Below, piece after piece: positions 57,860-64,000 of a DNA stretch of 64,000 nucleotides; within the stretch, counting starts at the first letter, position 1; every line of letters starts with the position of its first letter. Made by a program: the position numbers and the translations under genes. The stretch covers positions 16,070-80,069 of the forward strand of contig CAKTDV010000009.1 in the NCBI GenBank assembly GCA_934546745.1, written 5' to 3'. The stretch is from an uncultured Desulfovibrio sp. (lineage in GTDB: Bacteria > Desulfobacterota > Desulfovibrionia > Desulfovibrionales > Desulfovibrionaceae). Below the pieces are notes generated by a model, which ran no database searches, had not been told where the DNA came from, and saw only the letters and a program-made list of their open reading frames with translations.

Positions 57860-58648
57860 ATGATTGCGTTGATTCTTGCGGCGGGACGCGGATCCCGCCT
57901 CCGGGAACTGACCGACGGCAGGCCCAAATGTCTGGTACCCCTCGCGGGAAAACCTCTGCTGCGCTGGCAGTGCGACGCCCTGCGGAACGCGGGTGCACGG
58001 CGTCTGCTGGTCGTGCGCGGCTATCTGGCGGATCGCCTTGTGCCGGAGGCGGCGGGCCTGCCCGCGGGCGCCTTTGAAACCGCCCTCAATCCGCAATGGG
58101 AACACAGCAACATGCTTTCGTCCCTGCTCTGTGCCGGGCCGTGGCTGGAGGCGGCCTTTGCCGCCGGGGAAAGGGAGGCGGTCATCAGCTATGCGGATAT
58201 CGTCTATCCGGCGGATCATGTCCGTACCCTGTGCGCCTTGGGCGGCGATGCGCCCCTTGCCATTACCTATGATACGCAATGGGAGGCGCTCTGGCGCGTC
58301 CGCTTTGCCGATCCCCTGTCGGACGCCGAAAGTTTCGCCTGCAGGGACGGCGAGTTGATCGACATTGGCCGCGCTCCGCGCCGTCTGGAGGATGTGCAGG
58401 GGCAGTATATGGGGCTTCTGCGGGTGACGCCGCGGGGGTGGGAGGCCGTGGCCGCCGCCTGTCGCGATCTTGGCGCGGCGGTCGCCCGTACCGATATGAC
58501 GGGCTTTTTGCGCCTCCTGCTGGAACGGCGCGTGCCCATCGCCACGGCGGCGGTGGCGGGGCGCTGGTGCGAGGTGGACAGCCAGGACGATTTGCGCGCC
58601 TATGAGGCGAAGCTGCGACAGGGCGGCTGGAGCCATGACTGGCGGTAG
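57860..58648 (+). CDS. Nucleotidyltransferase (cj1416 cytidylyltransferase-like)
   Basis: MIALILAAGRGSRLRELTDGRPKCLVPLAG is the signature NTP-transferase loop. Confidence 0.8.
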   Translation: MIALILAAGRGSRLRELTDGRPKCLVPLAGKPLLRWQCDALRNAGARRLLVVRGYLADRLVPEAAGLPAGAFETALNPQWEHSNMLSSLLCAGPWLEAAFAAGEREAVISYADIVYPADHVRTLCALGGDAPLAITYDTQWEALWRVRFADPLSDAESFACRDGELIDIGRAPRRLEDVQGQYMGLLRVTPRGWEAVAAACRDLGAAVARTDMTGFLRLLLERRVPIATAAVAGRWCEVDSQDDLRAYEAKLRQGGWSHDWR

Positions 58649-58689
58649 GCCGGTTGTGTGCGCACAATGCAAAAGAAAAAGGAGATGAC

Positions 58690-59442
58690 ATGAAAACGGA
58701 ATGGGATTATACGACGCTGGCGCAGGGGTATCTGAAACGCCCTGAATATGCGCCGGATGCCCTGAGGCAGATTTTTCAGATTGCCGGACTGCATCCTGGG
58801 GATACGGTGTGCGATATTGGCGCGGGTGTGGCGCATCTGACTCTTCCTCTGGCGGCATTTGGCTGCCGCGTGGACGCCGTGGAACCCAACGACGCCATGA
58901 GGGAACTGGGGAAACGGCGTACCGCCAACCTTGACGGTGTCCAATGGTTTGAGGGAACCGGGGAGGATACCGGACGTCCCTCCGGGATATATGACTTCGT
59001 TTCGTTCGGTTCCTCCTTCAACGTGTGTGATCGCGCCAAATCTCTTGTGGAAACGCACCGTCTGCTCAAGCCCGGCAAATGGTTCGTCTGCCTGTGGAAC
59101 CACAGGAATCTGGAGGATCCTGTGCAGCGGGCCATAGAAGGCATCATCAGGGAGGCCATTCCCGACTATGCCTACGGTACGCGGCGGGAGGATCAGACAG
59201 AGGTGATCACGGCGTCCGGTCTGTTTACGGATATCACGCCCGTACAGGGAGCGGTGCGGCACCGGCAGACACCGGAGGATATTGTGGAGGCATGGCGCTC
59301 CCATTCCACCCTGCACCGTCAGGCCTGTGAAAAATTCGACGCCATTGTTGCCCGGATTGAGAAGTATGTTACCGGGCTTGGTCAGGCGGAGATTGAGATC
59401 CCCTATACGACGCACGCCTGGGTTGCGCGCCGCGCGGGCTAG
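58690..59442 (+). CDS. Class I SAM-dependent methyltransferase
   Basis: VCDIGAGVAHL motif I. ATG 58690 follows AAAGGAG; the track ORF starts at an upstream TTG. Confidence 0.8.
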   Translation: MKTEWDYTTLAQGYLKRPEYAPDALRQIFQIAGLHPGDTVCDIGAGVAHLTLPLAAFGCRVDAVEPNDAMRELGKRRTANLDGVQWFEGTGEDTGRPSGIYDFVSFGSSFNVCDRAKSLVETHRLLKPGKWFVCLWNHRNLEDPVQRAIEGIIREAIPDYAYGTRREDQTEVITASGLFTDITPVQGAVRHRQTPEDIVEAWRSHSTLHRQACEKFDAIVARIEKYVTGLGQAEIEIPYTTHAWVARRAG

Positions 59443-59446
59443 CGCC

Positions 59447-59986
59447 ATGACGCCAGACGCGCATAACGGACGGGTGATCTGGATTACCGGCCTTTCCGGC
59501 GCGGGAAAGAGCACCCTTGCCCGCGCCCTGATGGAACATCTGCCGGGGGCTCTGCTGCTGGACGGCGACGATCTGCGGGCCGTGCTGGGCGCGACGGCCT
59601 CCGGTTTTGACCGTGCCGGACGTCTGGCGCTGGCCCAGACCTACGCCCGTCTCTGCAGGCTGCTGGCGGAACAGGGGCACACCGTCGTCATGGCGACCAT
59701 CTCCCTGTTTCACGAAATCCATGCGTGGAACAGGGAGAACCTGCCCGGCTATCTGGAAGTCTTTCTGGACGTGCCCGAAGCCGTGCGCAGGGAACGCGAT
59801 CCCAAGGGGCTTTATGCCGCGGCAACGGCGGGAACGCTGCGTCATATGGCCGGGGCGGAAACCGCGGTCGATGTGCCGCAAGCACCGGATCTGGTATTGC
59901 CAACAGCCGAAATGACGCTGGAAGAATGCGTGGCCGCCGTGCGGGAACGTCTTGGGGCAGTGGCGGCCGGCCTTCCGCGACGCTGA
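59447..59986 (+). CDS. Adenylylsulfate-kinase-fold P-loop kinase (cj1415 cytidine-diphosphoramidate-kinase-like)
   Basis: VIWITGLSGAGKSTLA, LDGDDLR. 179 aa. No cysD/N/H partners are nearby. Confidence 0.8.
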   Translation: MTPDAHNGRVIWITGLSGAGKSTLARALMEHLPGALLLDGDDLRAVLGATASGFDRAGRLALAQTYARLCRLLAEQGHTVVMATISLFHEIHAWNRENLPGYLEVFLDVPEAVRRERDPKGLYAAATAGTLRHMAGAETAVDVPQAPDLVLPTAEMTLEECVAAVRERLGAVAAGLPRR

Positions 59987-60027
59987 CGGGAGTTTCTCCC
60001 ACCACGTGGGAAATGCGACAGCTCCAC

Positions 60028-60079
60028 AAAACAGAGAAGCCGTTTGCCGTACTTTTCCGGCAAACGGCTTCTCTGTTTT
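60028..60079. terminator. Bidirectional terminator (22-bp perfect stem) between convergent operons
   Basis: AAAACAGAGAAGCCGTTTGCCG-8 nt-CGGCAAACGGCTTCTCTGTTTT. Confidence 0.7.
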
Positions 60080-60092
60080 GCGCGGGGAAGCC

Positions 60093-61619
60093 TTATGGCG
60101 TTTCTGCCGTTTCCGCCGGAGAGAGAATGTCGCCGTATGCCTGTTCCACGACGGCGGCCAGCGCATGGCAAAAAACCGTCCTGTCCCTGTCCGGTAGCAG
60201 GATATGGCGGGACGGCTGTTTTTTCTGTTCCGTGCGGCACAGGGATTCGTGTTGCCGGATAAATGTCTGCGTTTCTGGGCAGTAATCGCTTATGGGTGCT
60301 GGGCGAAAAAAGGGCGAAAGTGTTGTTTCAGGCAGCATGAGGCGGGTACGCCCCTCCTGTGTACTGACGGACAGCAGCAGCGGTTTTTTCCAGTAGAAGC
60401 GAATACTCATGTGCTTATAGAAATTGTTCAGCGCTTGGAAGAGGGGAAAACGGCATAGGGGTTCATAATACAAATCAGGACGGCAGGCGCGCAGGGTGCG
60501 CAGGAAAAAGCCAACTTCCTCCGCCGGAGTGGTAAGCTCCATGTCTCCTATGTAGTCGCAGGGGAGCGCAACGGCGTCGCTGGGGACGGCGCCGGAAAGA
60601 ATCTGTGCCAGATAGTGGAAAAAAAGCTCCCGGCTGTGCCCGGGGCGGAAGATGAGCTTTTCCCGCAGGGCGGCGAGTTCCGGGTGATCGCCGTTTTTCC
60701 AGGCAAGGCTGGACTGGAGGGCCAGAAGCATGTCCTCAGGGGTGCGCACGGGAGAAAAGAGATCGTTCGCATCCCATGCTCTGGGCATGTTTCGGCTGGG
60801 GAGGAAGACGGCGGGCTGTCCTGTGGCCAGCGCAAAGAGTTGTCCTGTTGTGGAGGTGTGATCGCAGAGCAGGGCGATCGCGGAAGCCATGTGGCGCAGT
60901 GTGCTGCGGCTGCTGTCCATACGAAAGCGTTTTGTCGTGCGGAAGGCCGTTGCCAGAGGTTCGTAGCGGGGGCGTTCGCCGGGGAAGGGGCGCAACACGA
61001 AATCGTACTGTGGGAAATGGGTCAGGCACGCATCGATGAAGGCTTTGCGTTCCTCCATGAGGAGCGGAACGCCATGCGCGCTGTGGCCGCAGGTATACAG
61101 AATCGTTGCCCTGTGTGGTTCCGCAAGCCAGCGCCGGCGGAGTTCGTCAAGCTTGAGGCAGCCAAACGGCAGCAGATAAAGCTCCTCCCGGCGGCGTCCT
61201 GATGTCAGGCGTGGAAAGGACGGGGGAACGGCGCCCCCGTCCTGCGTCAGATAATAGTCCGCATTGCCGACATAGGACGGATAAATTTGGAGCATATGTT
61301 CCGTATGCGGCGGGGGAAACCAGAACGCATGGGGCAGGGCAAGCAGTGGTACTTCAGGGGGAACGAGATTTATGGGCGCGGACTGATCCAAGGTAAAAGC
61401 CGCCCGCACGTGCTCTTTTTCAAAAAAGTCCGGGGGCAGCGTTGCCGGAGAAAAATCTCCAGTAGCTGGTCGTGGCGTCATATCCGTATAGACGCGGGTG
61501 ATCCGCCCGCCGCGTTCTTCCAGCAGAGGGCGGATGCTTTCGTCGAGGCGGTGCATATAGACGGAATTTGCAAGGAAGACATAGCTTCCGGAAAAGTCGA
61601 AGGCATCAGTGGCGATCAT
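60093..61619 (-). CDS. Paralogue B1 of a second ~508-aa transferase group (distantly similar to A1/A2)
   Basis: 508 aa. ...FVLRPFPGERPRYEPLATAF...ALLCDHTSTTGQLFALATGQPAVFLP... AAGGAG RBS. Confidence 0.7.
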   Translation of the reverse strand: MIATDAFDFSGSYVFLANSVYMHRLDESIRPLLEERGGRITRVYTDMTPRPATGDFSPATLPPDFFEKEHVRAAFTLDQSAPINLVPPEVPLLALPHAFWFPPPHTEHMLQIYPSYVGNADYYLTQDGGAVPPSFPRLTSGRRREELYLLPFGCLKLDELRRRWLAEPHRATILYTCGHSAHGVPLLMEERKAFIDACLTHFPQYDFVLRPFPGERPRYEPLATAFRTTKRFRMDSSRSTLRHMASAIALLCDHTSTTGQLFALATGQPAVFLPSRNMPRAWDANDLFSPVRTPEDMLLALQSSLAWKNGDHPELAALREKLIFRPGHSRELFFHYLAQILSGAVPSDAVALPCDYIGDMELTTPAEEVGFFLRTLRACRPDLYYEPLCRFPLFQALNNFYKHMSIRFYWKKPLLLSVSTQEGRTRLMLPETTLSPFFRPAPISDYCPETQTFIRQHESLCRTEQKKQPSRHILLPDRDRTVFCHALAAVVEQAYGDILSPAETAETP

Positions 61620-61644
61620 GGGGGAATCTCCTTATCCAAGAATG

Positions 61645-63171
61645 TTATGGCGTCTTCGCCGTTTCCGCCGGAGCGAGAATGTCGCCGAATGCCTGTTCCA
61701 CGACGGCGGCCAGCGCATGACAGAAAACCGTTTTGTCCCTGTCCGGCAACAGGATATGGCGGGATGGCTCTCTTTCCTGTTCCGTGCGGCACAGGGATTC
61801 GTGTTGCCGGATAAATGTCTGCGTTTCTGGGGAGTAATCGCTCATGGGCGCGGGGCGGAAAAAGGGCGAAAGCGTTGTTTCAGGCAGCATGAGGCGGGTC
61901 TGTCCGTCCTCTTTGCTGATGGACAGCAGCAGCGGTTTGTGCTGTTGGAAGCGAGTATTGAGCTGCTGGTAGAAATTGGCCAGCGCCTGGTAGAGGGGAA
62001 AGCGCCGCAGCGGCTCATAATAGCAGTCAGGACGGTTGGCGCGCAAGGTGCGCAGGAAAAAGCCAACTTCCTCCGCCGGAGTGGTAAGCTCCATGTCTCC
62101 TATGTAGTCGCAGGGGAGCGCAACGGCGTCGCTGGGGACGGCGCCGGAAAGAATCTGTGCCAGATAGTGGAAAAAAAGCTCCCGGCTGTGCCCGGGGCGG
62201 AAGATGAGCTTTTCCCGCAGGGCGGCGAGTTCCGGGTGATCGCCGTTTTTCCAGGCAAGGCTGGACTGGAGGGCCAGAAGCATGTCCTCAGGGGTGCGCA
62301 CGGGAGAAAAGAGATCGTTCGCATCCCATGCTCTGGGCATGTTTCGGCTGGGGAGGAAGACGGCGGGCTGTCCTGTGGCCAGCGCAAAGAGTTGTCCTGT
62401 TGTGGAGGTGTGATCGCAGAGCAGGGCGATCGCGGAAGCCATGTGGCGCAGTGTGCTGCGGCTGCTGTCCATACGAAAGCGTTTTGTCGTGCGGAAGGCC
62501 GTTGCCAGAGGTTCGTAGCGGGGGCGTTCGCCGGGGAAGGGGCGCAACACGAAATCGTACTGTGGGAAATGGGTCAGGCACGCATCGATGAAGGCTTTGC
62601 GTTCCTCCATGAGGAGCGGAACGCCATGCGCGCTGTGGCCGCAGGTATACAGAATCGTTGCCCTGTGTGGTTCCGCAAGCCAGCGCCGGCGGAGTTCGTC
62701 AAGCTTGAGGCAGCCAAACGGCAGCAGATAAAGCTCCTCCCGGCGGCGTCCTGATGTCAGGCGTGGAAAGGACGGGGGAACGGCGCCCCCGTCCTGCGTC
62801 AGATAATAGTCCGCATTGCCGACATAGGACGGATAAATTTGGAGCATATGTTCCGTATGCGGCGGGGGAAACCAGAACGCATGGGGCAGGGCAAGCAGTG
62901 GTACTTCAGGGGGAACGAGATTTATGGGCGCGGACTGATCCAAGGTAAAAGCCGCCCGCACGTGCTCTTTTTCAAAAAAGTCCGGGGGCAGCGTTGCCGG
63001 AGAAAAATCTCCAGTAGCTGGTCGTGGCGTCATATCCGTATAGACGCGGGTGATCCGCCCGCCGCGTTCTTCCAGCAGAGGGCGGATGCTTTCGTCGAGG
63101 CGGTGCATATAGACGGAATTTGCAAGGAAGACATAGCGTCCGGAAAAGTCGAAGGCAGTGGCGGCGATCAT
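61645..63171 (-). CDS. Paralogue B2, identical to B1 over residues ~12-375 with a divergent C-terminal ~135 aa
   Basis: Start set at MIAATAFDF (ATG 63171) by alignment with B1. The track ORF's extra 108 N-terminal residues look non-coding for this gene. Confidence 0.7.
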   Translation of the reverse strand: MIAATAFDFSGRYVFLANSVYMHRLDESIRPLLEERGGRITRVYTDMTPRPATGDFSPATLPPDFFEKEHVRAAFTLDQSAPINLVPPEVPLLALPHAFWFPPPHTEHMLQIYPSYVGNADYYLTQDGGAVPPSFPRLTSGRRREELYLLPFGCLKLDELRRRWLAEPHRATILYTCGHSAHGVPLLMEERKAFIDACLTHFPQYDFVLRPFPGERPRYEPLATAFRTTKRFRMDSSRSTLRHMASAIALLCDHTSTTGQLFALATGQPAVFLPSRNMPRAWDANDLFSPVRTPEDMLLALQSSLAWKNGDHPELAALREKLIFRPGHSRELFFHYLAQILSGAVPSDAVALPCDYIGDMELTTPAEEVGFFLRTLRANRPDCYYEPLRRFPLYQALANFYQQLNTRFQQHKPLLLSISKEDGQTRLMLPETTLSPFFRPAPMSDYSPETQTFIRQHESLCRTEQEREPSRHILLPDRDKTVFCHALAAVVEQAFGDILAPAETAKTP

Positions 63172-63194
63172 GGAGTAACCCTCTGGATCTGGGT

Positions 63195-64000
63195 TCAGGT
63201 GGGCGGATTGACATCCAGGAACCACATATACGCCCGTCCGTTCGTATTGGGTCCGTATTGTCGGAGCTGCTGAAGCTGAGTTGGCCGTCCCAGCAAAGGT
63301 AGCGGCCTTCTCCGGCGGCGGCGATGGCTTCCCGAGGCGCGGAGGCAAAGGGGAGCCATTCGCCATCCTCCATGAGGCGCACCCTCCAGGGGGCGACATC
63401 CGCGGGAAGCGGCAGCGGGCAGGCATACGTATGGCCGGAGACATGCTCAAACGGTTTTTCCAGAGGCGTATGTTGCCTGGCTGAGAGGATGGCATCCCAG
63501 AAATCGCCTGCCGCGCTCCGTTCCTCGCCGTTCTTCTGGCGTTGGTGCGCCGCTCAGGGAATAGTTGAGGTAGTTCGTATAACTGTAGAGGGCAAGATAC
63601 AGCAACCTGTTGGCTTTGCAGGGCAGTGTGGCGTTGTGGACAGCCCTTGCCATATTCCCGGTATGGTGCAGCACCCCCCAGGAATAGACGATGTCCACAG
63701 GCGGCAGGCTCCGCAGAAAATCTTCGTTGAGGGCGTCTCCCCGCAGGATGGTCCAGTTTTTGGGGGAGCCTGCCTGACGGTGGAGTTCCTGCGTCGCGGC
63801 TACGGAATGGGGATCGTAGTCAAAGCTGACGATGGGGCCGGCCCCGGCGCGCCACGCCGCCAGCGAACTCAGGCCGCTGCCGCAGCCGATGTCCAGAAAG
63901 CTGAGCCCGGCAAGCGAGAGATCCTCCCGTCCGAGAAAGCGGCAAAGGTCCCTCCGGGACTGCCGTATTGTTTCCTCATTGAGATGGTGGCGGATAAACG
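63195..64000 (-). pseudogene. Class I SAM methyltransferase with C-terminal extension, apparently disrupted by frameshift(s); 5' end outside the window
   Basis: Frame 1 reads ...LDIGCGSGLSSLAAW...VYSWGVLHHTGN... and stops at 63447. Protein-like sequence continues in another frame with no start codon (GDFWDAILSARQHTPLEKPFEHVSGHTYACPL...GRYLCWDGQLSFSSSDNTDPIRTDGR). A third frame (NTNGRAYMWFLDVNPPT*) stops at 63195, 23 nt before the B2 start. Confidence 0.5.

Larger units (their letters stand above)
60093..63171 (-). repeat. Tandem duplication B1/B2, period 1552 bp, containing a 1,091-bp perfectly identical block
   Basis: 60495-61585 equals 62047-63137, checked line by line. The flanking mismatches are at 60494/62046 and 61586/63138. 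The 3' ~400 bp are only ~75-80% identical. Confidence 0.9.

Noticed and set aside
56014-57927. 637-aa minus-strand ORF.
   Set aside because: It is antisense to the PEP-utilising enzyme, whose plus-strand frame carries ATP-grasp and phospho-His motifs.
63172-63495. 108-codon N-terminal extension of the B2 transferase ORF in the track.
   Set aside because: B1 and B2 align from MIA(T/A)... The extension is Pro/Arg/Ser-rich, and the region is better explained by the 3' end of the upstream methyltransferase in other frames.

Overview
High-GC (~60%) bacterial chromosome segment, gene content typical of a Desulfovibrio/Desulfovibrionaceae-like anaerobe (inference from content only, no search run). 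From left to right I read five blocks.

(1) Housekeeping genes: a GT1 glycosyltransferase, a TtuA-like PP-loop tRNA thiolase, thrC, an aconitase / icd / Re-citrate-synthase-like trio, an RNase II-family gene, plsY and an NADP-ADH.

(2) A nitrate/nitrite ammonification block. nrfHA sits divergent from napC-napM-napA-[~208 bp inverted-repeat-bounded insert]-napD-napG-napH. Two CRP/FNR-type palindromes lie in the shared control region.

(3) A minus-strand operon: epimerase, long U32 peptidase, NPPY methyltransferase and a PHP(EndoQ-like)::UvrD helicase fusion.

(4) More housekeeping: glmS, ppiD, mtnA, an aminotransferase-hom pair, yjbQ, dinB, a solo RelB/DinJ antitoxin with operator repeats, a SprA-related protein, speB-panB and tRNA-Ala(GGC).

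(5) From ~48.5 kb to the window end, a surface-glycan decoration locus. It holds a FabH/ACP/SDR/LbH N-acylation cassette and two tandem pairs of paralogous ~508-aa transferases. One pair contains 1,091 bp of perfect identity. Between the pairs is a five-gene set whose domain content matches the Campylobacter jejuni cj1415-cj1419 O-methyl-phosphoramidate donor pathway: amidohydrolase, PEP-utilising glutamine-kinase-like enzyme, cytidylyltransferase-like enzyme, methyltransferase and APS-kinase-like kinase. A second, apparently frameshifted methyltransferase lies at the window edge.

This phosphoramidate-type locus is my top candidate for something undescribed in this lineage.

No CRISPR array, rRNA gene or transposase was seen. 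Many long ORFs in the track are GC-rich antisense shadows and were rejected. All functional calls rest on motifs I could read in the translations. No database search was run.
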